Source of the DNA: Callorhinchus milii
Taxonomy: Eukaryota
Reading direction: 5' to 3'
DNA length: 64,000 nt
NCBI RefSeq assembly: GCF_018977255.1
Contig: NW_024704743.1
Location: forward strand, 43,464,001 to 43,528,000
Shown here: one piece after another, positions 11,915 through 23,125 of the stretch
Numbering within the stretch: position 1 is the stretch's first letter
Layout: each line of letters opens with the position of its first letter
Translations under genes and position numbers: made by a program
The notes under the pieces: model-generated
Told to the model about the DNA's origin: nothing
The model's database searches: none
Seen by the model: the letters and a program-made list of their open reading frames with translations, nothing else

Positions 11915-12240
11915 AATAATAAGATAATAATAATAATCCTTGCATTTGGCATAGCACCTTTCACATCGGAAGATGTTCCAAGGCGCTTCACAGGATATAT
12001 ACTGTAAAGTAGAGTGAGTTTATGTTTTATGAACAAACGCGGCAGCCATGTTGCACAATGTCCCACAAACAGCCATGAAGTTAATGACTAATTTTATTGG
12101 TCAAATAACAACCCCAGGGGAAAACTCCTTTCTCTTTTCAAACATTGCTATGGAATCTTTACAATTATATTTTGCAATGTTTAACATCCTCTTGAATGAG
12201 AAGACAAGGCCTTGGTTTAGCATCTTATCCAAAGGATGGT
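11915..12240 (-). mobile_element. Older Deu-core SINE fragment
   Basis: (TAA)n TCCTTGCATTTG...CAATGTCCCACAAACAGCCATG...CATCTTATCCAAAGGATGG. Confidence 0.7.
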
Positions 12241-13554
12241 GTAACTATTTTTGTTCCACCCCATTTGATAAGAGAGTCAGCAATTCTTTTAGGGTTGTTG
12301 TTTCTTTCTTTTACATCAGTAGGTCTGGAAAATAATACTGCATAAAATAACATTCACATAAAATTTACCCGACACAATTATTTGACTTTTTTTTATATTA
12401 GGTATGATTGTAACATCTGGCACTTATTTTCAGTCTTACATCTGTTTCAGGTCAACATTGATGCGCACCAAAATGCCAAGTCTCTTGCTTTCTTTTAAAG
12501 TTAAATGAGCAAATAAATTAATAAATCCTCAAAGTAGTTATGATCAAGAATGATTTGCTTGTAGCACATATATATGGTAAAATTCACCTGCGCTGTGAGC
12601 TCTCAGGGACTTTGAGACAAACAACAATAACACAAGTTGCCAAAAAAGCTTTTGAATGCCTTGCTGCACTCTGTAGCCTCATTCATGCTCCTATTAAATT
12701 ACTGACGTCCTGGGGTAATTCATTAGTTTTTACACCAGGACATCAGAAAGACAATTTTCAACATGAGTGCGTCAATTGCTAGAGAAGTTGGCAACAACTC
12801 AATACAGCAAGACTATGATAGGGACCTCCCTAAAATTCTGTTTGAAACTTAACCTATTCAGTTCATTTTATAGCATAAGTGATCTGTGAAGAATTGCTGA
12901 TGGGTTTTATCATTATGTTAAATATTAGTGTGTTTCTTAAGCATGGCAATTTGGGCACAGTGTGCTAGCCATATTTCCTGCACAGGGGAAAAACACATTG
13001 AATTTATAGTAGAAATTATGAAAATGTACTTAAATAGCCATTCATTACATGGCCTTTAGAAGCTACCAGGATCTCCATCCAGAAGGGCTGCAGATATCTG
13101 TTCCATGTTACTTTCATCAACATTCACCTCACGGAGAGGTTGAACACCGGCTTGTTTCATCTCCCCCATGCATTCTACCCCACCATCTGTGGGCAAGGTT
13201 TTACCCAATCTGCAACTGAAACTTCATAAATGGAATCTTGTTGTTTCATCCCGAGTCCCTCCACTTTGCTCCCTCTCCCTGCATTCAAAACCCTCCTGAA
13301 CACTTACTGTTTCAAGCATTCTTTCAGCCACCTTCACCTCCCTCAATTTCCTCTCCCCTGCTCAGGCTGGCAGTCACTATGGAAAGTGATTTAAAATGTC
13401 TTTATGACATGAAAGGCGCTATATAAATGTAAATTACAATTGTAAGACTGCAAATAGAAATCTATCCTATTAATTTCCTATTACAGTTTTTCTTAAACAA
13501 GTGCAGATTCTTGGTCTCAATTGTTTTTATATATGTCAAGAAGATTATTGATAA

Positions 13555-14052
13555 CAATCATTACATTTTAAGTAGTTTTTATGTTGGGAGGACCTCTCAA
13601 AGTGCTTCACAGGATATACTGTAAAGTTTTGTGACCATTTATTTTGTAGGCAAATGCAGCAGCCAATTTCGGCTCAGTAATGTTCCACAAATAACAGTGA
13701 AGTGAATAACCATGTTTAATTTGGGGATTTATTATTGGACAGGACACCAGGAAAAACTCCTTTCCCTCTTCAATAGTGCCATGGGATCTTTAACATCCAT
13801 CTGCACAGCAGATGGGACCTCAATATAATGTCTCATCCAAAGGACAACACTTCCTAACAATGCTCTCCGGGAACCTACCCTGTGTGAAAGGCGCTATATA
13901 AATGCTATATAAATTGATGTTGTTGTAATACTGAGATGCCCCCCCCAGCATGCACTGGAGATCAACCTGGACAAAAAAGTCCCAACAAGGGGCTTGAACC
14001 CACAAACCTTTAACTCAGAAGCAGTTGTGCTACCAACTGAGCCAGGCTGACA
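13555..14052 (-). mobile_element. Old long Deu-core SINE with a different tRNA-like head; short L2 tail nested at ~13862-13925
   Basis: Minus strand starts TGTCAGCCTGGCTCAGTTGGTAGCAC...GTGGGTTCAAGCCCC and contains GTTAAAGATCCCATGGCACTATT. Confidence 0.75.
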
Positions 14053-14369
14053 CACAACAAAGGTTATATCAAAGGTACATATTTTTGCAGAAGAGCCCTT
14101 GTGCACTTAACTGGTGGTAACTAACCTAAATTTGTTTTTAAGATTCTTAAATCTTGAGCCTATTGGCATGATGCTTTTGCATATCTGGGATTGTTGTTCC
14201 AGCTCTCCCAGTTCCACAGGGCATCACTAACCAACACACCTAACAACTCCCAAACTAAGCTACATTGTGGGCAAAGGCTTCTTTTATAAACACATGATTC
14301 TGAAAACCCCAATTCTCAAAATCCAGTGCAACCAAACTGTATAGAACTATATAAGCAGCAGCGGCAGCA

Positions 14370-14518
14370 GTAAACAATTCCTTGATCTTCCTTCAGAACA
14401 CCATAGTCCTCCGAGATGGACTTAGTCAGGTCAGCAACGAGCGGAATTTGGATTCGCCAATACCACCCTGTTAACGTGGAGTATTGGTCCAAGCCAAGTG
14501 GCTGAAGTGAGAGTCCGT
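14370..14518 (-). pseudogene. PRDX1: Processed fragment of a typical 2-Cys peroxiredoxin (PRDX1/2-like), disabled
   Basis: Minus-strand translation TDSHFSHLAWTNTPR*QGGIG/(1-nt frameshift)IQIPLVADLTKSISEDYGVLKEDQGIVY matches the PRDX1/2 segment [47 protein letters not shown]; in-frame TAA at 14473-14471; paralogue assignment uncertain. Confidence 0.9.
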
Positions 14519-14576
14519 CCTCCTCCTCCTTCTCTCCTCCTCCCCCTCTCACTGCCGCTGCTGCTGCTGCTGCTGT
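14519..14576 (+). repeat. Compound (TCC)n/(GCT)n microsatellite
   Basis: CCTCCTCCTCCTTCTCTCCTCCTCCCCCTCTCACTGCCGCTGCTGCTGCTGCTGCTG. Confidence 0.85.
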
Positions 14577-14599
14577 GGTCACCCTAACCATTACAGATG

Positions 14600-16963
14600 A
14601 GTTAGGGGAAGCCACTATTTTGGACTTTCAGATTTTCCTGCCATTCTGCGTGACGTCACTTCCACCGGCCAGGTTTGAATGCCTGGTAGCAGATACAGTG
14701 TTTCACTCCCTTCTATCCTCTGTCTGTCTCCCTACTCAGTTCTTCCCCGGCAGGCTGCTCATTGCTAACCGCAATGAGTGCCCTCCTCCCTTTGTGCCAC
14801 CTCTAGCCCCCACAGCCTCCTGCAGGCTGACAATGCCCCACTAATCCACCGCCTCTTGTCCCAGCGTGTGCATCTTTGCTGCCGCGCCCGACTCGAGCTG
14901 GCCCTCCCTCAAAATGCCCCCCTCCCTGCAACTCTCCTGCTCTGTCCTGCTCTCTCTCTGCCCTCCTCGCCTCCTATCTCTGCTTAACCCCCCCCCACTG
15001 CCTCCCTCTGCTCCAGGCTGGGAATCCTCTGCTGGGCTCATCGTGGTACTGAGCATTGGCTGTCCAGCAGCAGCCACACTGACTGCCCCATTCCCCACTA
15101 CCGCCGCAAGCGACCCTGGACCCTCACCCCGGGGGCTAATCTCTCCTCCCTCATCTGCATCCCCACCCTCCCCCTCCCATCCCACACATCCCCCCGCCAC
15201 TGTCCACTCCGCATTGGCCTTCAAAATGTCCGCTCCATCTGCAATAAGACCCTGGCCATCAATCATCTAATCCTCATTGAGAACGTTAATACTATGGCCC
15301 TCACAGAAATCTAGATCACCCCAGGTGACACCTTCTCCTTCACTGAGGCCACACCACCCGGCTATACCTACCACCATGCCCCAAGCCCCAACTGCCATGG
15401 TGGTGGTGTGGCCCTCATCTCCAGGGCGTCACTTGCCCTATCCTCCTACTCCGCTGGCTCGTTCCCCTCTTTTGAACACCTTACTCTCTCCCCCACCTTC
15501 ACCTCTGACATCTCCACCCTTCTAGCTTCCCTCTGTCTCTGCTCCGACTGCCTCATTATCCTAGATGACTTCAACCTCCACTTCACCCCCTCCTGCTCCA
15601 CCTCCTCAGACTTCTCCTCTCTCCTCTCCTCTCTCAACCTCTCCCTCCACATACACTCCTCTACACACGTTCATGGCCACCCACTCAACCTGGTGATCAC
15701 CCAGGGCCTCAGCGTCTCGGATGTCATCATCACCGACAAGGTCATCTCTGACCACCATTTCATCTCCCTCAACTCCTATATCCCTCTCCCCACTGCCTCC
15801 AAATGTACAACCATCTTCTACCGCCCGTGGAAGAAGATCTCCCCATAATCTCTCTCCACTGCCCTGAACTCCTCTCCCTCTGGCCCATCTCCCGCACCAA
15901 CCCATCCTCTGTGTTACTCTCCTCCACAGCACCCTCTCCACCTCACTCGATGCCCTTGCCCCCCTCACCTCCCGAACTGCATCCTATTCCCGATCCTCAC
16001 TTTGGTTCACCAACCACCTCCGCTCGCTCAAGGGACAGGTGCAGGCTGTCAAACGCACTTGGCTCAAATCCGGCCTAACGGTCCATCAGCACACCTGGCT
16101 GGACCACATCAAAACCTACCACTCCGCTCTCGCCTCGGCCAAATTGTCCTTCTACAAGGAGGCGAATGGCAACCCCAGGCTCCTGTTCTTCACCACCAAG
16201 CAGCTACTCCGCCCTCCCAGCCATGCCTCGCAGATTCTTTCCTCCAACTCTCACTGTGAGGAATTGCTGGACTTCCTCGAGTCCAAAATCAAGGGAATCC
16301 GCTCAGTTGCCACTGACCCCAACCTCCACCCCCTCCCTACATCTCCCACTCTCCGACCACTACCCATCCCTCCTTCCACACCTTTGAACCTGTCACCTCC
16401 TCCTCTGTCATCACCACCATATCCTCCATGAAGCTCACCACCTGCACCCTGTACCCCATCCCCACCCCTCTCCTTAAATCCTAGCTCCACCTTCTTGCTC
16501 CACTACTCGCCATCATCAACCTCTCCCTGTCATCTGGCACCGTTCCTTCCCCCCTCAAAACAGGCACTATAACCCCCACTTTGAAGAAGCCTTCCCTTGA
16601 CCTAACACAGCTATCGGCACATCTCAAATCTCCCCTTCCTATCCAAGGTCCCTGAGAGAGACGTTCTCTCCTATCTTCCCTCTTTCCTCTCCTCCCACTC
16701 CCTCCATGAGCCCCTCCAATCGGGTTTAACTGCTCTGGTCAAGGTCACAAATGACATCCTGACCATGCATGACCAGGGCTCCCTCTGCCTCCATCCTCCT
16801 CCTCGACCTCTCTGCCACCTTTGATATTGTGGACCACTCAATCCTCCTCCACTGCCTCTCCTCCCACCTCAACCTTTAAGATTCTGTCCTTGACTGGTTC
16901 AGGCCCTACCTTTCACACCACCTCCACTTTGTCTCTGCAAACAGCTTCTCCTCCAGCCCCCGC
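14600..16963 (+). mobile_element. L2-clade LINE relic: putative 5' region, APE endonuclease and N-terminal RT; frameshifted and 3'-truncated
   Basis: Endonuclease motifs LQNVRSICNK (~15219), LTEI, IILDDFNLH, THVHGHPLNLVIT, ISDHH; RT motifs LKKPSLD, HISNLPFLSKV, LQSGF, TALVKVTNDIL, LLDLSATFDIVDHSILL, LDWFRPYLS; C-rich sense strand; exact 5' limit uncertain. Confidence 0.92.
14650..14663 (-). promoter_or_regulatory. Overlapping ETS-CRE motif GGAAGTGACGTCAC
   Basis: Perfect CRE palindrome TGACGTCA (14651-14658) overlapping ACTTCC; function not demonstrated. Confidence 0.35.
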
Positions 16964-16964
16964 G

Positions 16965-17108
16965 TGACTGTTTGTGGGACACTGCTGTGTGCAATTGGCT
17001 GCCACAAATATACAGTCAATTCACTTTACAGTATACCCTGTGAAGTGCTTTGAGACGTCTAGAAGATGTGAAAAGCGCTATATCAAATGCAAAGATTATT
17101 ATTATTAT
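16965..17108 (+). mobile_element. 5'-truncated tRNA-Ala SINE abutting the end of the L2 relic
   Basis: GACTGTTTGTGGGACACTGCTGTGTGCAATTGGC...GCGCTATATCAAATGCAAAGA(TTA)n. Confidence 0.88.
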
Positions 17109-18314
17109 AGATATCAGCAATTTTCTGGAGACCCAGGGAGAGAATTTGAATTGACAAAGTAATTGTGCTTTTAATGAAAATGGTATTGAAGGATTCTACC
17201 TAACTTACACCTTCAACCCTCTAACACTATTAATAAAGAGAAGGGATTTTCTTCTTGTGTCCCGGCCGACAATCCTCCAAATTAATTGATCATCACTGCA
17301 ATGTCTATCTGTGGCATCTTGTTGGCACTAATGCCCACTGCGTTTTTCTCCTAATACAGTCACAAAATGCAACAATAATTATCTGCAAAGCATTTTGAGA
17401 TGTTTTGAAGTGATAGGCACTATAAATGAAATGTATATGTGAGATTTGAACACAACGATTGCTGAGCTTAACAACTACCCAAAAGTGTATACTGTATAAT
17501 GCAATAATGTGGAATTTCTTCAATTAAATCAGTTCAAATTGGGAATCAATTGCTCCATTGTATCTGCACTTAAAATTATGAATGAAAAATGGCAGATGTC
17601 AGGAATAGGGTTGCCAAGTTTCAGTACACTCAAGAGGATTGAATGATGTCAGGAAATCCATGTAAGGATTTTACTTTAACAGCATAGCTGAAGTAATTTC
17701 TGTACCGCTTCAAACTCCAAGGGTTTGTAACAGCTAAGGACAATGAGGTGCTTTGTATCGTCAGTGACCTGATACTTTGTATAGTTAACTCCCTTCAGAC
17801 CATTTTATGTTTTTACAAGATGGAAGGTTACATATATTATACAGAATTTTTTTTCCTCCATTAGGTAATTATGCTAATAGAATTTATGGGATGAAGTTTG
17901 TGATCCATGTGATATTTATTATATCAGACGAGCAGGACCTCCACTCCTGCCCTGAAGCCATTCTCGGTGGTAAATGTGAAGAAGCTGTTGGGTGTCTGTT
18001 TCTCAGTTTGAGATCTTTGACTGGCAGGTAGCAAAATACTGACATTGTGAGTTTATTTTAACTACAAACTGGCCGTTTCCCCTAACTGGCAATCAATATA
18101 AGATCAATTTGACTTCACCATTGAGAACAGCTGGTGCAGGGGTGGGGGGTGAGTGGGTTGTTCTGAGGCCATTTGATTTATTAAATATCAAGTTACATCT
18201 CAATATCTTATGTTTATCAACAATCCTTTTCCCTTGACTTCCCTCCGAGCAGTAACTGTTGGTATTGGGTTGAGTCCATATGGCTTTAAACCGAGCTCGA
18301 GAAAGAAGTTTTAC

Positions 18315-18437
18315 CTTCCACATACACCTTAACTCAAAAATAGCTTTGCTGGATTGGTGAGAAGCTGCATCTTGTTGTATGTTTGAAAGTGAAGGAAGTT
18401 GTGATCTTTGCCTAGCTAACCTAGCATCATTTGGAAT
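18315..18437 (-). CDS. Weak candidate internal exon (123 nt, phase 0/0)
   Basis: ctgcAG|IPNDARLARQRSQLPSLSNIQQDAASHQSSKAIFELRCMWK|GTaaaa; poor polypyrimidine tract; no homologue recognised. Confidence 0.15.
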
Positions 18438-18499
18438 CTGCAGACTAATATGTCTTTTACTATACATATTCCCTTTCTCATAAGATGCAGTCTTCTAGT

Positions 18500-18785
18500 A
18501 CAATACAATGCAATTTCCATCTATAGTGCCTTTCATGCTGGGAGGATGCCTCAAAGTGCTTCTCACTGCTGGCTGGACACCCAAGCTGGGTTTGGGAGTC
18601 AGGAGAGGGGGATGACCAAAAATGTGGCCAAAGGGCGATGTTCGAGACTTGCCTTGAAAGACAAGAGGGAGGGAATGAGTCAGAGCGACCCTGGGATGGA
18701 GTACCAGAGAGTGAAGGCAGAATGGTTAAAAGCCTACATGCCAATGGTGGGGTGGATAGGGAAGCGGCCGTGGAGCAGACTTGGG
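18500..18785 (-). mobile_element. Old L2 3' end
   Basis: Minus strand GCACTTTGAGGCATCCTCCCAGCATGAAAGGCACTATAGATG with a (TTG/ATTGT) tail. Confidence 0.65.
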
Positions 18786-19197
18786 ACATGACGTAACATT
18801 GAAACACCCAGAACGGCATTGGCAATGTAAATGACTGCTCTCCATAGTTGCTCATTGATGTGCAACATAGGTGGAGTGTTACAGTTTCAATCATTCTGTT
18901 CCTTTATCAATGTTGTTGGATTCTGCGCTCACCTTCCTAGAGTAAATGGAAGGATCAGACAACAAACCATACCTACATGGTACCAAATGTCAGGTTCCTC
19001 AAAATGGGTTCTGCTAGAGATTTGTGACCAGAGTGGCTTCCTGTAATCTTGGGAGCCACAGAATTAAAAAGGGGTGGTGGGTTGGGTGTAAAACAGGAGG
19101 ATCAAAAGAAAATGCCGAGAAGAAATTAATTTAGTTTTTTTTTCTTTGTAAGCATATAGCAGCACTTTAGTTTTCTCGTGATCTGGACAAAGAGTAG

Positions 19198-19502
19198 ATA
19201 ATAATAATTATCCTTGTATTTGATATAACGTCTAAATTGATGGTATATTTTGTGGGGAACTGCGGCATCCAATTGCACGCTGCTGTGTCCCAAGAACAGG
19301 CGTGGATTGAGTGACCCCAATTTTTTTTTGAGGGATTATTACCCCCAGAAAGCAATCACCAATCGACTAACAACCAGGTTCTTACTTGCTGCTAGGTAAA
19401 AAAAAGCGTGTGACTTGCGTAAGGTTTTTTCCTCCTCAGGAATAAAACCCAGGTCCTCTCACTTCGGGGGCAATTGCTCTAACCACTAAGCTATGGGACT
19501 CC
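19198..19502 (-). mobile_element. tRNA-Ala SINE, longer subfamily, degenerate
   Basis: Head (CTCTAACCACTAAGCTATGGGACTCC on +), core and tail all present. Confidence 0.82.
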
Positions 19503-19850
19503 AGATGGGCAAAGCTTTGAGGAGTAGGGAATGCCCGCATCAAGTACAAGAATGTTTTTGACAAAAAACATTTTTAATCCATTGTCTTTTTCAATGTCCA
19601 TCTCTGGGATGAGAAATGTTCTTACACATCATTTTGTTCTCCAATGCATTGCACCAGAAATATTTCCTTCCTTGCTGTCAGTTGCAAGACACTTGAAAGT
19701 GATGCACCACAGAGCATACTCTGTTGATAGACACAACTGGGTTTTCTTCAGATGGCAAGTTGTCAGTTGGTCACCAGATACAGCACAAAGCTGAGGGAAT
19801 GGTGGAAGGGATTCATACTGAGGACTTTAATCTTTCAAACATTGTTAAAA

Positions 19851-20291
19851 TAGTGGAAGCCGGTTAAGCCGGACACATTGGGACAAATATTTTGTCTGAC
19901 TTAAGAGGTTTCTGAGGTTAACCGAAACATCATTCCCACCCAGCAGTGGAGCGCCATAGTCACTGTATAATAATATGCAACAATGTTGTTTCACTTGAAG
20001 TAACATTAACTAACCCATTAGCGTTAGGATTAAGTTAAAATACAGAATTTAGTTTGGCTCCAAATTGCAGTTCAGCACCTCCTGTCCAGCAGAGGAACAG
20101 CGAAGCTTCCTCCTTCCTATTGCCGTTCCCATTGGATGGGAAGCAGACCAATTTTTGGCGGTGCTGAAGTGATTGACAGCCTGCAGTCCCTTGTGAATGT
20201 TTGGGCTCCAGCCATTCACAAGCGTCTCAGGTTTGTTCGATTTATCCGACAACCGGGGTTAACCAGCATTCGGCAAAAGTGGATTCCACCG
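19851..20291. mobile_element. Possible pogo/Tigger-like non-autonomous DNA transposon
   Basis: Degenerate terminal inverted repeats TAGTGGAAGCCGGTTAAGCCGGA and (reverse complement) CGGTGGAATCCACTTTTGCCGAA; TA after the right end; subterminal GGTTAACC repeats near both ends. Confidence 0.45.
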
Positions 20292-20422
20292 TAAGACTAA
20301 AATAAAACCTTTCCTGACTATTTTTGCAGAGAGGGATGAGAACACTTCCATTTGAAATGCTGCTTTATGCTTGGGGGAAAACAATCCACAGATAGGATTT
20401 ACTTCACAAGATTACAAAATTG

Positions 20423-20742
20423 TGGAGTCCTGTAGCTCAGTGGTTAGAGCACTCAACTTGCAAGCGAGACACCTGGGTTCAATTCCAGGCAGGGCGAAAC
20501 TTTAGGCAAGTTTCCTTATTCCACACGCCTAATAACAATCCCTCCAAAACAAAAAAAATTGTTCATTTTCAATCCACGACTGTTTGTGGGACACTGCTGT
20601 GCGCAATTGGCTGCCGCGTTTCGCCCACAAAATATTATTGGTCAATTCACTTTATAGTCTATTCTGTGAAGCGCTTTGAGACATCGAGAAGAAGTGAAAA
20701 GCGCTATATAAAATGCAAGGATTATTATTATTATTGTTATTA
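20423..20742 (+). mobile_element. Full-length tRNA-Ala SINE
   Basis: Complete head, core and TTA tail. Confidence 0.92.
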
Positions 20743-22004
20743 TAAAATTGGTTCAGATGAAGAAGGCCCTTCAGGCCATCTGATCCAGATGATCTATTCC
20801 ACTGTCTCCCATCACAGCATCAAGCTGCTTTGTAAACGTGTCCAGTGTCCTGGCTTCAACCACGTAAGGATAGAAGCAATACACTCATAGGATAAACACA
20901 TTATAATTCTTACTTCCTGAATCACTTGATAGGAAATTTCACGTTATCATTAAAGTACAGTAAGTGTATCACCCAATATATAATAGCCAGATGGATGGAC
21001 CGGCTGCATAGAATGAAATGCCTATATGTGAGTCAAAGTAACAAAACTGAATGTTATTGTTTATTCATTATAAAATGCTCCAATCTGCTGATTTCATGTC
21101 CCTACAAGTGTGTATTGACACAGCTCATGATCTGCAGCTGAATAAATAATTCATTTCATATATTTAATAAGATATAACAACATTGAATATCACCCCTAAC
21201 CTTAAATGTAAAACAAATTGAATAAAATGCATATTGCTATTTTGCCGCTACTGTATTGAGGCCTCAGCAAAATAATTTTCTCGTGCTTTTAATTTATTGG
21301 TATTGTCAGTTCACTGTTAATCTCTGGTTTCCAGGTCTTGCAGCTATGCACAAATAGCCTCACTGTCTATTGAAGTGAACCAGTGTGAGTAAATCATAGT
21401 CCAGCGGTTATGATTCTGATATGACCCACTATTACTCTAATATATGATTCATTTCATTTCATTTTCCTTTTTCAGAGTGAAAATTGCTCAGGTCCATACC
21501 ACATACTGGTTCAGACAGGAAACCTTTTATCTGTATGGATTCCTGCACCACATTTCAGAAATCTCACATCCTATGAACAGTTCAGTTCTAAAGAAATCAA
21601 ATGTCTTTTGTGTGCTATGTCTCTCGATGGTGCATTAAATGTATTGCACGTGGTCAGTAAAATTCTACTGTCATTCAGCAAATACTAACAATTTATAGGC
21701 AGCCTGATGTATTTTAAGGAGACGTTTAAAAATTGTTTAGGAGTAGCCCATTGAAACTATCTATAAACCATCCATTGCATTGGTGTATTGATGTAGCGTG
21801 CCAACAGGCTGATAAAAGATAAATAGAACCTTGGATTTCCCTTGCTGTTGAATACTCAATCAAAAATGGAGCAACTATCAAGGATGGTTGATTTGCCTTG
21901 AAACTACAGAAGGAAAATTGGAAGCCAAGTGAACCTATGCCCTCTCACACAACCCATGGCAGACATTCACTGCATCTACCAGCATAATGATAACATACTG
22001 CTAT

Positions 22005-22432
22005 AGAGAGGATGCAGAGGAGAATTATTAGGATGATATGAGGGATGAGTGTTTTGACCTGTGACCAGAGACTGGAGGAATTGGGCCTATCTTCATTCAA
22101 CAGACAAGGATGAGGTCTTCAAAATTATGATGGGGTTTGGTAGAGGAGATAGGGAGAGATTATTGCTACTGGTCAGTGAGTCAGTGAATAGAGGACATCA
22201 ATTCAAGATCTTAGCAAAGAATTGAATTTGGGGCTTTGTGTTTCTGTAAAAAAAAGCAGTGGGGGGAAGGTTATATTAGCTTTCAACTTGGAACTATTTT
22301 GATATCTAAAATGGAATAATTTAAAATGGAATAATGGGGCTGTGGAAAAGACAAGTAGTTGGACTGAATGGATCAATCTTTCAAAGAACTAGTCCAGACC
22401 CAATAGGCCAAGTGGCTTTCTTTTGAGTTGTA
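22005..22432 (+). mobile_element. Old CR1 3' fragment
   Basis: GAGAGGATGCAGAGGAGA...GAGGTCTTCAAAATTATGATGGGGTTTG...AGAGGACATC. Confidence 0.65.
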
Positions 22433-22585
22433 AATTTCAATGCATCTGTGGTTCTATGCTACCAGCTTGCCATTCTTAGGCAGCAATGCTGCATGGGATG
22501 TAAAATGAAGGGGGAAAAATCAAATAACTACACAAACACTAGGAATATAAAATCCCAGTTGCTCTTTCCTTGTTCTATTGTTCAT

Positions 22586-23125
22586 TGTTTTTTGGGGGCA
22601 GGCCGGGTGTCTGACACATGTGGAAACCCATCATCATGTTTAAGAGTATCTCAACCAAATTGAGATTTCCATGCACCCGCCTAAACATGGAAATTCCAGA
22701 GATATCTTGTTGAAATTGAATGCGCATTCTCTCCCTGGAGGGACACATTCTGGTTAATTATGGAAAGTATTAGGCACATGTTGGCAATCGCTAAGGTTTG
22801 GGGACCCTAGAGTGTGTGTTGGGGTACTGCTGGAGTCTAACCAGCTAAAACCACATAGCTTGCCATTGACAGCGCTGTCTGGCAAGCATTCATGCTGCTT
22901 GTCCAGCTGGGACTAATCTACCTGTTAGGGCTTTGGCTTGTGGGGTTAACAGGAGCCAAATCGGAGGATTCCTTGACCCCAGTAACTGGTCTGCCTTTCC
23001 GAGTCCTGCCGATGAGCCAAGCTGGCTGTGCTGACATCAGCAATGCCCTGGAGTACTGCGGACCCACCTGGCTCAGGACTACGGAGGCTGCCACAGTGGG
23101 CTGGTTCAATTCCGACATTCCGTTA
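22586..23125 (-). repeat. Near-full family X element (best-preserved copy)
   Basis: Collinear with 7978-8470; minus-strand 3' end ...TTTCCACATGTGTCAGACACCCGGCCTGCCCCCAAAAAA. Confidence 0.85.

Noticed and set aside
14316..14615. 99-aa ORF with poly-Ala as a functional peroxiredoxin exon
   Set aside because: Homology covers two frames with a stop and a frameshift, there are no splice sites at the expected boundaries, and the poly-Ala/Glu comes from microsatellites.
14575..16490. Cluster of Pro/Ser-rich or Gly/Glu-rich ORFs suggesting a GC-rich gene
   Set aside because: These are alternative frames of the C-rich L2 relic.
20423..20497. Apparent tRNA-Ala genes
   Set aside because: Every one continues into a SINE body and tail, the T and acceptor arms are imperfect, and no oligo-T terminator follows.
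20420..20890. Recurrent ORFs ending ...[12 protein letters not shown] (54, 2708, 5773, 16974, 20420, 37619, 40955, 58289)
   Set aside because: They are translations of the non-coding SINE tail, with poly-Tyr coming from (TAT)n; they are not a protein family.
21479..21652. + strand acceptor (ttttcctttttcAG) with open frames
   Set aside because: The donor sites are weak and no peptide is recognisable; insufficient support.
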